NCBI RefSeq assembly: GCF_008065095.1
Contig: NZ_CP042911.1
Location: 5,010,001-5,042,000 of the forward strand
Reading direction: 5' to 3'
Length of the DNA stretch: 32,000 nt
DNA from: Gemmata obscuriglobus
Lineage (GTDB): Bacteria > Planctomycetota > Planctomycetia > Gemmatales > Gemmataceae
Positions within the stretch are counted from its first letter, which is position 1. Every line of letters starts with the position of its first letter. A program made the translations under genes and the position numbers. Positions 9,301-16,394 of the stretch are shown piece by piece. The notes under the pieces were generated by a model. That model made no database searches and was not told where the DNA came from. It was given only the letters and a program-made list of their open reading frames with translations.

Positions 9301-11281
9301 GGACGGGCGCCTGCTGGAGATGAACGAGGCCGGGTGCCGGCTGATGGAGCTCGACGACCTCGAGCCGATCCGCGGGAACCTGTGGGCGGAGATGTGGCCG
9401 GTGGCGAACCGGGAGGTCATCGGCGAGGCCGTGGCCGCCGCGCGCGACGGGCAGGTGGGGCGGTTCCAGGGGTTCTGCCCGACCGCGAAGGGGACGCCCA
9501 AGTACTGGGACGTGTCGGTGGCCCCGCTGCCGGGCGCGGACGGCAAGCCCGACCGGCTGCTCGGGGTGTCGCGGGACATCACCGAGCAGCGCCGGGCCGA
9601 GGAGCGGATCCGTGAGAGCGAGGAGCTGTTCCGCCAGATGGCCGAGTCGATCCCGCAGCTCGCGTGGATGACCGATGCGGAGGGGCACATCTTCTGGTAC
9701 AACCAGCGCTGGTACGATTACACCGGCACCACCCTGGAGGAAATGAAGGGCTGGGGCTGGCAGGCGGTCCAGGACCCGGACGAGTTGCCCCGCGTCGTGG
9801 AGCGGTGGCGGGCCGCGCTGGCCGCCGGCGAGCACTGGGAGGACACGTTCCCGCTCCGCGGGCGCGACGGCAAGTTCCGCTGGTTCCTGAGCCGCGCGCG
9901 GCCGATCCGCGACCAGGTCGGGAACATCATCCGCTGGTTCGGAACCAACACCGACGTGTCCGCCCAGCGCGAACTGGAGCAGACGCTCCGCGCGAGCGAG
10001 GAGCGGTTCCGGACGCTCACGGAGACGGTCCCGCAGATCGTGTGGACCGCCGAGCCGAAGGGCGCGGTCACGTTCTTCAACCGCCGGTGGACGGATTACA
10101 CCGGGGTGGAGCTGGAGGCGGGCCGCGGCTCCGTGTGGGGCGGGGACCTCCTGCACCCCGATGACGCGGACCGGGTGCGCGTCGGGTGGCAGCTCGCGGT
10201 GGCCCGGGGGGGCGGCGGGTACTCCTCCGAGTTCCGGCTCCGACGCGCCGACGACGGCGCGTACCGCTGGTTCCTCTCGAACGCGCTGCCGCTGCGCGAC
10301 CAGAACGGGAACGTCGAGGAGTGGGTGGGCACGCTCACCGACATCGACGACCAAAAGCGCCAGACCGAGACCCTTGAGGCGATGGTGCGCGAGCGCACGC
10401 TGGCGCTCGAGCTGGCCAACGTCGCTCTGACCGAGGAGATCGAGGTGCGGCAGGCGGCCGAGGACCAGGCGCGGGCGGTCGCGGTGGAGCTGGAACGCAG
10501 CAACGGCGAGTTGGAGAAGTTCGCCTACGTCGCGTCCCACGACCTCCAGGAGCCGCTGCGGAAGATCCAGGCGTTCGGCGACCGGCTCGTGACCAAGTGC
10601 CGTGCCGAACTCAGCGACAAGGGGAAAGAGTACCTCGACCGGATGCAGGTGGCGGCGGCGCGGATGCGGCGCCTGATCGACGACCTGCTCCAGTTCTCCC
10701 GGGTCACGACCCAGCAGCGGCCGTTCCGCCGCCTGGACCTGCAGAAGTTGGTGAGCGAAGTCGTTTCCGATCTCGACGTGCGGATCGGTCAGGCGAACGG
10801 CGCGGTTCAGGTGGGGCCGTTGCCCGCGGTGGACGCGGACCCGACGCAAATGCGTCAGTTGTTCCAGAACCTGATCGCCAACGCGGTAAAATTTCAGCGA
10901 CCGGGTGTCCCACCGGTGGTGCAAATCACCGGCGAACTCGCAGCCCAGGTCCCGCTAAATAACGAAGGCGCAGAGCCCATTTCTGTGTGTCGCATCACGG
11001 TGCGGGACAACGGGATCGGGTTCGACGACAAGTACCGGGACCGGATCTTCGAGGTGTTCCAGCGGCTCCACGGCCGCGACGAGTACGAGGGCACCGGCGT
11101 CGGCCTCGCCATCTGCCGCAAGATCGTCGAGCGGCACGGCGGGGCCATTGAGGCACACGGCATTTCGGGCGAAGGGGCCACGTTCGTGGTCGTTTTGCCC
11201 GCCACCCACGCTAACTCGCTTGAGGCGAACGATAAAAATGTCCAATCGGACGAAACCGATTACGATTCTCATGGCCGATGA
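6311..11281 (+). CDS. Giant membrane sensor histidine kinase: ethylene-binding-domain-like 3-TM module, DUF4118-like TM module, PAS x2, GAF, PAS x5, HisKA (phytochrome type), HATPase_c
   Basis: - The ATG at 6311 is preferred over the TTG at 6266.
- N-terminus: SDLFIWLAYVSIPLVLLYF...FILACGTTHLIDA...VTAVVSWATVVALIRVIP.
- DUF4118-like block, about 6765-7060: FTFFFVEPRNRLFV.
- PAS starts: FIENANVGIVFFD (~7235), FFENANVGLHWVD (~7616), AVPHIIWVT (~8490), AVPHIVWNA (~8875), VFDNSPDCLKVFD (~9260), SIPQLAWMT (~9645), TVPQIVWTA (~10025).
- GAF, about 7960-8440: GHPLVVDGRVFGVLGVYS.
- H-box FAYVASHDLQEPLRKI, with the His codon at 10538-10540.
- ATPase N/G boxes: NLIANAVKF, RDNGIGF, GTGVGLAICRKIVERHGG. 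Confidence 0.9.
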   Translation: MLDVLTSLFDPTGFTRRAHCGAAWNDELIFLHATSDLFIWLAYVSIPLVLLYFTRRRDLPFPRLFVLFALFILACGTTHLIDALIFQFPIYRFAGLMKGVTAVVSWATVVALIRVIPRVMPAVAEASKTVRTGTDTKTHLPITGEARGTSGRAYIVALLVAVLAVLVRAAGDAVLKQEHALVVPLLGVVYVSWRYGFQPALVTLLVSLVGFTFFFVEPRNRLFVTGLGSQMALALFFFCGVACAALGESHRVAQRRARAALGVALGRQEELESEVVRRRVVEAALRQREADLVAAQARADEALARLDAFIENANVGIVFFDPELRYERVNSFIARANGKPVSEHLGRTVTEVVPDVPAERVERYRAVATGAAESYSDTVDVRHPITGALQAFHVTAFPVRLPGGPTLGAGVVVHEITEQRRAEQELRRSERNLTDFFENANVGLHWVDGAGAIVRANRAELEMLGYDRTEFVGHKAEAFYEEPGAGRELHARLLRGERLTNHPARLRCKDGTVRDVLISATALVENGSFVHARCFTRDVTEQKRAADDLAERARAIALRADVAAGLAGAAETRSALQGCAETLARALGAALARVWTLDESGRWLDLQASAGAFTPDQGPHERVRVGETKIGRIAASGHPYLTDDVPNDPLTSDPEWAGREGIRSFAGHPLVVDGRVFGVLGVYSRTKLSEGLVTDLGPIAANLAQFIDRRKAVEAVRDSEARFRTLAQAVPHIIWVTRANGYHEYYNQRWYDYTGLTEEQSLGDGWSGPLHPDDRARAAARWEQSTATGAEYEIEYRFRGADGRYRWFLGRALPQRDADGRIVRWYGTCTDIHEERMATEALRRNEERYRTLTEAVPHIVWNADAGGAVTYFNRRWTDYAALPVDQERRSDWTEALHPDDRDRVYRAWRDTVVQVAPGGSDRFFQEFRLRHAATGAYRWFQSVAVPLRHPDGTVDQWIGSMADIDDQKTAVERVRQSEAFRRSVFDNSPDCLKVFDLDGRLLEMNEAGCRLMELDDLEPIRGNLWAEMWPVANREVIGEAVAAARDGQVGRFQGFCPTAKGTPKYWDVSVAPLPGADGKPDRLLGVSRDITEQRRAEERIRESEELFRQMAESIPQLAWMTDAEGHIFWYNQRWYDYTGTTLEEMKGWGWQAVQDPDELPRVVERWRAALAAGEHWEDTFPLRGRDGKFRWFLSRARPIRDQVGNIIRWFGTNTDVSAQRELEQTLRASEERFRTLTETVPQIVWTAEPKGAVTFFNRRWTDYTGVELEAGRGSVWGGDLLHPDDADRVRVGWQLAVARGGGGYSSEFRLRRADDGAYRWFLSNALPLRDQNGNVEEWVGTLTDIDDQKRQTETLEAMVRERTLALELANVALTEEIEVRQAAEDQARAVAVELERSNGELEKFAYVASHDLQEPLRKIQAFGDRLVTKCRAELSDKGKEYLDRMQVAAARMRRLIDDLLQFSRVTTQQRPFRRLDLQKLVSEVVSDLDVRIGQANGAVQVGPLPAVDADPTQMRQLFQNLIANAVKFQRPGVPPVVQITGELAAQVPLNNEGAEPISVCRITVRDNGIGFDDKYRDRIFEVFQRLHGRDEYEGTGVGLAICRKIVERHGGAIEAHGISGEGATFVVVLPATHANSLEANDKNVQSDETDYDSHGR
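6380..6690 (+). other. Ethylene-binding-domain (EBD)-like transmembrane module of the kinase
   Basis: The region is collinear with my recollection of Arabidopsis ETR1 residues ~20-120. ISDFFIAIAYFSIPLELIYF aligns with TSDLFIWLAYVSIPLVLLYF, FIVLCGATHLINLW with FILACGTTHLIDAL, and KVLTAVVSCATALMLVHIIP with KGVTAVVSWATVVALIRVIP. The Cys codon is at 6533-6535, and the His lies four residues downstream (CGTTH). Confidence 0.7.
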
Positions 11282-11705
11282 CGATCCGGACGATCGCGAG
11301 CTGACACGGGAAGCGTTTGAAGAGAACCATTTGGCCAACGATTTGCGGTTCGTCGAGGACGGTGAGGAGCTTCTTGACTATTTGAACCAGCGCGGCAAAT
11401 ACGCCGGCGCGGGAGCTGCTCCCCTGCCGGGGCTGATCCTGCTGGACCTGAACATGCCGCGCAAGGACGGGCGCGAGGCGCTCCAGGAGATCAAGGCCGA
11501 CCCGCGGCTGCGGTCCATCCGTGTGGTCGTCATGACCACCTCCAAGGCCGAAGAGGATGTGGTCCGGAGTTACGACCTGTCGGCCGCATCGTACATCACC
11601 AAACCGGTCACCTTCGAGCGGCTGGTGGAGGTGGTGCGGACCCTCGGCAAGTACTGGCTGGAAATTGTGGAGCTGCCACCCGATGGGCACGGAACCCAAG
11701 CTTGA
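11238..11705 (+). CDS. Single-domain response regulator (CheY/Rcp1-like receiver)
   Basis: PITILMADDDPDDRELT...LILLDLNMPRKDGREALQEIKADPRLRSIRVVVMTTS...YITKP...YWLEIVELP closely resembles phytochrome-partner Rcp1-type receivers. The ATG at 11238 overlaps the kinase 3' end (stop at 11279-11281) by 44 nt in another frame. Confidence 0.9.
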   Translation: MSNRTKPITILMADDDPDDRELTREAFEENHLANDLRFVEDGEELLDYLNQRGKYAGAGAAPLPGLILLDLNMPRKDGREALQEIKADPRLRSIRVVVMTTSKAEEDVVRSYDLSAASYITKPVTFERLVEVVRTLGKYWLEIVELPPDGHGTQA

Positions 11706-12864
11706 TCTCTCGTCCGGCTCGATCCGGGTGTTGCTGATCGACGACGACGAGGACGATCGGTTCCTCACGGAAGAGCGACTCGGCGATGTGCCCGGGCGGC
11801 CGTACACGCTCGACTGGACGCCGCATTATGCGGAGGGGCTGGAGGCGATCTGCACCGGCACCCACGACGCGTACCTGCTGGACTTCCGGCTCGGGGCGCG
11901 TACCGGCATCGAACTGCTGCGCGAGTCCCGGGCGCGCGGGCGGGCGGCCCCGGTGATTCTCCTCACCGGGCAGGCGCACTCTCAGACCGATTTGGAAGCG
12001 CTCGATGCGGGGGCCGACGACTACCTCGAAAAGGCCGGTCTGACATCGGCCCTGCTGGACCGCGCGATTCGGTACGCACTGGTGCAGTCACGCGCCGCGG
12101 CGGAGCTTGAACGTAAGGTGCGCGAGCGCACCGACGAACTGGCCCGGGTGAACGAGGCGCTCCGCGAAGCCGACCGGCGGAAGGACGAGTTCCTCGCCCT
12201 CCTGGCGCACGAACTGCGGAACCCGCTCACGCCGATTCTCAACGCGCTCGAAATCCTCCGGCTCGCTAACGATTCCGGCGACACGGTCCGGCGCCAGCGC
12301 GAGCGCATGGAGCGCCAGGTGGCGCAACTGAAGCGGCTGGTGGAAGATCTGCTCGACGTGTCCCGAATTACTACCGGGAAGTTGCGCCTCGCCCCAGAGC
12401 GACTCACGATTCAGGAGCTGATCGACTCGGCAGTCGACATGAGCCGCTCGCAGCTCGAGGCGGCGAAGCTGGAGCTTGTGCTCAATGTGCCCGCGGAACA
12501 GGTGGTGCTGACCGGCGACCGGGTGCGGCTAACGCAGGTGCTTTGCAACGTGCTGAACAATGCGGCGAAGTTCACCGAGCCCGGCGGCCGGGTGTTCGTC
12601 TCCGTGGCCCCGCACCCGGGCCGCGTCACGGTCACGATTCGTGACACGGGCGTCGGCATTGCCGAGTCGGTGCTTCCTCAGCTCTTCGGGCTGTTTACAC
12701 AGGTGGACCGCACGCTGAGCCGTTCGCAATCGGGCCTGGGGATCGGGTTGGCCCTCGTGCGCCGGTTGGTCGAAATGCACGGCGGCACGGTGACTGCACA
12801 CAGTGACGGGCCGGGCACGGGCGCAACGTTTACGATTCACCTGCCGGTGACCCGAGCAGCGTAA
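11683..12864 (+). CDS. Hybrid REC-histidine kinase (N-terminal receiver, HisKA, HATPase_c)
   Basis: Receiver: [15 protein letters not shown]...AYLLDFRLG...VILLTGQ...DYLEK. A coiled coil follows, then the H-box [16 protein letters not shown]. ATPase boxes: [35 protein letters not shown]. The ATG at 11683 overlaps the upstream RR gene by 23 nt. Confidence 0.9.
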   Translation: MGTEPKLDLSSGSIRVLLIDDDEDDRFLTEERLGDVPGRPYTLDWTPHYAEGLEAICTGTHDAYLLDFRLGARTGIELLRESRARGRAAPVILLTGQAHSQTDLEALDAGADDYLEKAGLTSALLDRAIRYALVQSRAAAELERKVRERTDELARVNEALREADRRKDEFLALLAHELRNPLTPILNALEILRLANDSGDTVRRQRERMERQVAQLKRLVEDLLDVSRITTGKLRLAPERLTIQELIDSAVDMSRSQLEAAKLELVLNVPAEQVVLTGDRVRLTQVLCNVLNNAAKFTEPGGRVFVSVAPHPGRVTVTIRDTGVGIAESVLPQLFGLFTQVDRTLSRSQSGLGIGLALVRRLVEMHGGTVTAHSDGPGTGATFTIHLPVTRAA

Positions 12865-13064
12865 AGACTGTGGCTTACACGCCTACTGTTTTTGGGGCAG
12901 TGATGCCGTCGGAGTCTTGAGCCCCTGCCGTTACAGCACCCAAGCGCTACGTTCCCAGCGCAGTCCTTTTCCCTACAGGCGGCAACGGTTTGCCGCGCAC
13001 CGCGGCACCGCGGTTGCGTAACGGTCGAGCGTTTCCGCTCTTCGTTCTTGTAGGGGATCCGCTC

Positions 13065-14885
13065 ATGGCTGCTTCGGATTGGCAGCGCGCGCTGGTGGCG
13101 CTGGCCGCGACCGTGGTCGGCGCGGCGCTCGTGGCCGTACTGTTCTGGGCACGATCGATTTTCATTCCCGTCACGCTCGCGGTGTTCTTCGCGTTTGTAC
13201 TGTCGCCGGTCGTGAACCGTCTTCAGCGCCGCGGGATCGGGCGGCCCGCGGCGGTGATCCTGACCGTCGGGCTGCTCGGCCTCACTGGGTTAGGTATCGG
13301 TACTGTCATCGCGCAACAGATTACGCGGGTGGCCGAGACGTCGGCCGAGAAGCGCGAATCGATCAAACAAAAATTAACCTCGGTTAAGCAGTGGATCGCG
13401 GGCGGCGGCGAGAGCCAGTTCGGGAAGCTCGTCGATGATGTCGAAGACGTGTTCGCATCGGCGAAACCTGCGTCGAACTCGAACGCCGTGGTGGTGGAAC
13501 AAGCGTCACCGTCGATGGCGGCCCAGTGGAGCGGGATGCTCAGCCCGGCCGCCGAGGTACTCGGCCAGGCGGCATTCACGTTCATCCTCACCGTGTTCAT
13601 GTTGCTCAAACGTGAGGACCTGCGGAACCGGATGATCCGGCTCCTTGGCGCGGGGAAGATCACCACCACCACGAAGGCCGTGGACGACGCTTCGCAGCGC
13701 ATCAGCAAGTACCTGCTCAGTCAGTTGATGGTGAACACCGCGTTCGGTGCCATCATCACGATTTCTCTGTTCGCACTGGGCGTGAAGTACTCGATCCTGT
13801 GGGGCTTCATCGCGACCCTCATGCGATATGTGCCGTACATCGGCACGTGGGTGGGTCTCATCCCGCCGCTGCTGTTCTCCGTCGCAACCGCGCCGGAGTG
13901 GGGCGGCGGTTGGGGGCAACCGGTCGCGGTGCTGGCACTGTTCCTGGGCCTCGAGGCGATCTGCAACAACCTCGTCGAGCCGAAGCTGTACGGCCAGAGC
14001 ATGGGGCTGTCCGAGGTGGCGCAGCTCGTGTCGGCCGCGTTCTGGGCGTTTATGTGGGGGCCGATCGGTCTGATCCTCTCCGGGCCGTTGACGGTGTGCC
14101 TGCTGGTGCTCGGGCGGCACGTGAAGCAGTTCGAGTTCTTTGAGGTGCTGCTGGGCGACCAGCCGGCGCTGGAACCACGGGTGGCGTTCTACCAGCGGCT
14201 CACCGCTCACGACCAAGACGAGGCGGCCGACGTAGCGCTCGAAGCCGCTGAAGAACATGGAGCCGAGTTCGCACTCGATTCGGTCGTGGTGCCGGCGCTC
14301 TGTTTGGCCCGCCGCGACCACCACGAGGGCGATCTGGACAAGTCCGACCTGCACTACGTCGCCACCGCGGCTCGTGAGATCGCCGAAGAGGTGGCCGAAC
14401 TCCGGCCGGTTACAGAACACCCTGCGGATGCGCGCGTGCGCCTGCTGATCGCCCCCGCACGCGACGAAGCCGAGCACGTGGCCGCGGAGGTGTTCGCCAT
14501 GACCCTCGACCCCTCGCGGTGGGAGGTGAAAATCGTCGGCGACGAAACGCTCGCTTCCGAACTGATCACACAGGCTGACGAGTTCCGCCCTGCGGTTGTG
14601 TTGATCGCCACCCTTCCGCCGGGCGGGGTCACGCACGCTCGGTACGTACTCACCCGCCTGCGCCAGCGGTTCCCAGAAGTGAAACTGCTGCTGGGGCGCT
14701 GGGGTGCGGATGCGCCGGAGCAGGACAACCGCAGCGAGACGATCAAGAACATCGACGGAATCGACCGCACGCTGGCCGACAGCCGTAAACGGCTCGCAGA
14801 CCTGTACCCGAGGCTTGAAGCGGCCGGCGACAAGGAACAATGGCCCGCGTCCGGGCGCGAGCTGGTTGGCACGGCAGGTGCATAG
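13065..14885 (+). CDS. AI-2E family (PerM/UPF0118) membrane transporter with a ~245-aa cytoplasmic C-terminal extension
   Basis: The multi-TM N-terminal ~360 aa have AI-2E-like blocks: FVLSPVVNRLQRRGIGRPAAVILTVGL, YLLSQLMVNTAFG, MRYVPYIGTWVG, NNLVEPKLYGQSMGLS, FWAFMWGPIGLILSGPLTV. The ATG at 13065 is preferred to the upstream alternative start at 12990. The soluble tail runs from ~14150 to the end. Confidence 0.85.
   Translation: MAASDWQRALVALAATVVGAALVAVLFWARSIFIPVTLAVFFAFVLSPVVNRLQRRGIGRPAAVILTVGLLGLTGLGIGTVIAQQITRVAETSAEKRESIKQKLTSVKQWIAGGGESQFGKLVDDVEDVFASAKPASNSNAVVVEQASPSMAAQWSGMLSPAAEVLGQAAFTFILTVFMLLKREDLRNRMIRLLGAGKITTTTKAVDDASQRISKYLLSQLMVNTAFGAIITISLFALGVKYSILWGFIATLMRYVPYIGTWVGLIPPLLFSVATAPEWGGGWGQPVAVLALFLGLEAICNNLVEPKLYGQSMGLSEVAQLVSAAFWAFMWGPIGLILSGPLTVCLLVLGRHVKQFEFFEVLLGDQPALEPRVAFYQRLTAHDQDEAADVALEAAEEHGAEFALDSVVVPALCLARRDHHEGDLDKSDLHYVATAAREIAEEVAELRPVTEHPADARVRLLIAPARDEAEHVAAEVFAMTLDPSRWEVKIVGDETLASELITQADEFRPAVVLIATLPPGGVTHARYVLTRLRQRFPEVKLLLGRWGADAPEQDNRSETIKNIDGIDRTLADSRKRLADLYPRLEAAGDKEQWPASGRELVGTAGA
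14867..14883 (+). promoter_or_regulatory. Candidate sigma-54 (-24/-12) promoter upstream of the DUF883 gene
   Basis: TGGCACggcagGTGCAt has GG(14868-69)-N10-GC(14880-81) spacing and differs from the 6180 site at one of the 16 shared positions. It overlaps the last codons of the AI-2E gene and sits about 70 nt upstream of the ATG at 14951. Confidence 0.45.
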
Positions 14886-14950
14886 TAGTTCGGTGTCAGC
14901 GGGAGGAGTTGGTTCCGCCCGGACTCAAGAACCCCTTCAGAGGCACGACC

Positions 14951-15379
14951 ATGGCGGATCTCAAGGATCGCGTGAAGACCGGCATCGATAACGCGGCCGA
15001 CGCAGCGAAGAACGCGACCGACAAGGCGGCCAACGCGACACAGAACGTAAAGAACGACGGCGGCAACCTCGCGGACCGCGTGAAGGATAACGCCCAAAAC
15101 CTCGTGGACCGGGCTGGCGATTTTGCCGGACAGGCTCGCGACAAGGTGCAGGAATGGGCAGGCGACGCTCGGAGCACGCTGGAGAACGTCGGGGACCGGG
15201 CCCGTCACATTGCCGGTGATGCCCGTCATGCCGTCGAGAACGCATACGATACGGCGAGCGATTCGGTCGGTGATTTCGGCCGGGAAGTGACGGCTCTGGT
15301 CCGCAAGCACCCGCTGCCGGCGATTCTCATCGGGTTCGGCGTCGGCCTGCTCATCGGTCGTACGGCTCGCGTCATCTGA
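14951..15379 (+). CDS. DUF883 (ElaB/YqjD-like) C-tail-anchored stress-associated protein
   Basis: A helical, Ala/Asp/Asn/Lys-rich body (DNAADAAKNATDKAANATQNVKNDGGNLADRVKDNAQNLVDRAGD...) ends in a family-typical tail anchor, HPLPAILIGFGVGLLIGRTARVI. The ATG at 14951 is preferred to the ORF-track start at 14840. Confidence 0.7.
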   Translation: MADLKDRVKTGIDNAADAAKNATDKAANATQNVKNDGGNLADRVKDNAQNLVDRAGDFAGQARDKVQEWAGDARSTLENVGDRARHIAGDARHAVENAYDTASDSVGDFGREVTALVRKHPLPAILIGFGVGLLIGRTARVI

Positions 15380-15443
15380 TTGTGTTGAGTGATGACCTGT
15401 CGAGAACGCCTCAATAGGCGATTAAAGACGAGAGCTGGTTGTC

Positions 15444-15489
15444 GGAGTCGGCCCCGGAAACTTAGGTTTCCGGGGCCGGCTCCGTTTTT
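15444..15489 (+). terminator. Rho-independent terminator
   Basis: An 18-bp stem, ggagtcggccccggaaac / gtttccggggccggctcc, has one G-U pair and the loop ttag. It is followed by gTTTTTg, 65 nt after the DUF883 stop. Confidence 0.8.
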
Positions 15490-15564
15490 GTGGATATCGC
15501 GGCAAATCATTTCCGGCACAGGCTTTGCGAAAAGCGAGACGCCCAGAACCGGAGGCCCGATCCG

Positions 15565-16038
15565 ATGAAAACGCAGACCACAGTTCGTCGCTCGAAATAC
15601 GCCCCATCGGTTGTTACGAAGAACGATCTGCTCGAACTGCTCAACGCCGACTTCACGCGGGAATGCCGCGCGATCTACGCACACGCAGTCTATGCCGAAC
15701 GGACGCGATCGCGTGACGAGGGCGCTGCGGCCCGTATTGCACGATATGGTCAAGAAACGGTTCTATCCGCTCTCGTGCTGTGCGAACTCATCTACGATTA
15801 CGGCGGTACCGTTATCAATAACCTTGATGAACTTAACGCGGTGCTCAACGCCGACCGCGTTGCGGACCCTGGGTGGGCGCCGGAAACCGCCCGGCGATTG
15901 CATGAACGGGCAGGCCAACTGCGGTCTGCCGGTGAACCGGGGCTGGCGAAGCGCATCCGCCGGATCATTTCCGCGAAGAAAGGTGCCGTGCCGCTCGCCG
16001 CGCTCGTCTCCGGTCAGCAGGCGGTCGCCGGGCGCTGA
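15565..16038 (+). CDS. Hypothetical protein with ferritin-like four-helix pattern (metal ligands apparently degenerate)
   Basis: A GGAGG lies 9 nt upstream of the ATG at 15565. LLELLNADFTRECRAIYAHAVYAE...GQETVLSALVLCELIYDYGGTV resembles the ferritin-like/DpsL pattern LN.dla.E..AI..Y..y...EE...HA......I..LGG.P, but the ExxH His position is Ser. Codon third positions are visibly less GC-rich than in neighbouring genes. Confidence 0.5.
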   Translation: MKTQTTVRRSKYAPSVVTKNDLLELLNADFTRECRAIYAHAVYAERTRSRDEGAAARIARYGQETVLSALVLCELIYDYGGTVINNLDELNAVLNADRVADPGWAPETARRLHERAGQLRSAGEPGLAKRIRRIISAKKGAVPLAALVSGQQAVAGR

Positions 16039-16394
16039 CACACCGCACGTATCAGTTGACGGCTGCAACAAACCCATCAGCACGGCCTTTACTCCACGGT
16101 AAGGGAGTTCCGCCCCTGGTGACGGCTCCTGCCATTGGTAGGAGCCGCTTCGCACATCCCGGATGAATCCTGCGAACCGGTCTCACATCCAACTGCTACC
16201 GGCCACCTGAATCATCGCGAGTCACAACCTCACGGGAGTTGTAGATCGCTCACGGGCAATCGGCTTGACTCGCCCGCGGCAAGGTGTTTCGAGGGCGTCC
16301 ACGGCCTGATTCGGTGTGTCTGGGTGGTTGCAAGACACTTACCGGCAGCCCACATTGGCCGCGCCACGGATTAAACACATAAAGACAGATGGCT

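Noticed and set aside
6227-10924. A 1565-aa ORF on the minus strand, antisense to the sensor kinase
   Set aside because: The translation is Arg/Pro/Gly/His/Leu-rich with no recognisable motif. The plus-strand frame encodes textbook PAS, GAF, HisKA and HATPase domains. Long antisense ORFs are expected in GC-rich DNA because stop codons are AT-rich.
12783-12799. A third sigma-54-like motif, cGGCACggtgaCTGCA, inside the 3' end of the REC-HK gene
   Set aside because: The GG-N10-GC spacing is correct, but both half-sites carry a mismatch and the motif lies about 270 nt from the next start codon. It is too weak to call as a feature, so I mention it only as a possible member of the same set.
13506-14840. 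A 444-aa minus-strand ORF antisense to the AI-2E gene. Similar long antisense or overlapping ORFs occur at 154-903, 2183-3253, 2551-3648, 4737-5675, 17110-18237, 19533-20465, 22182-22934, 26992-28005 and 29514-30860.
   Set aside because: All show Arg/Pro/His-rich, low-information translations, and all lie opposite or out of frame to genes with clear family signatures. I treated them as GC-content artefacts.
16097-16112. ggtaagggagttccgc, resembling the glycosyltransferase RBS region ggtaagggagtaccgc at 17129-17144, followed by a possible 15-codon GTG ORF
   Set aside because: A 15/16 match of this length is expected by chance at this sequence size. The mini-ORF has no supporting features.
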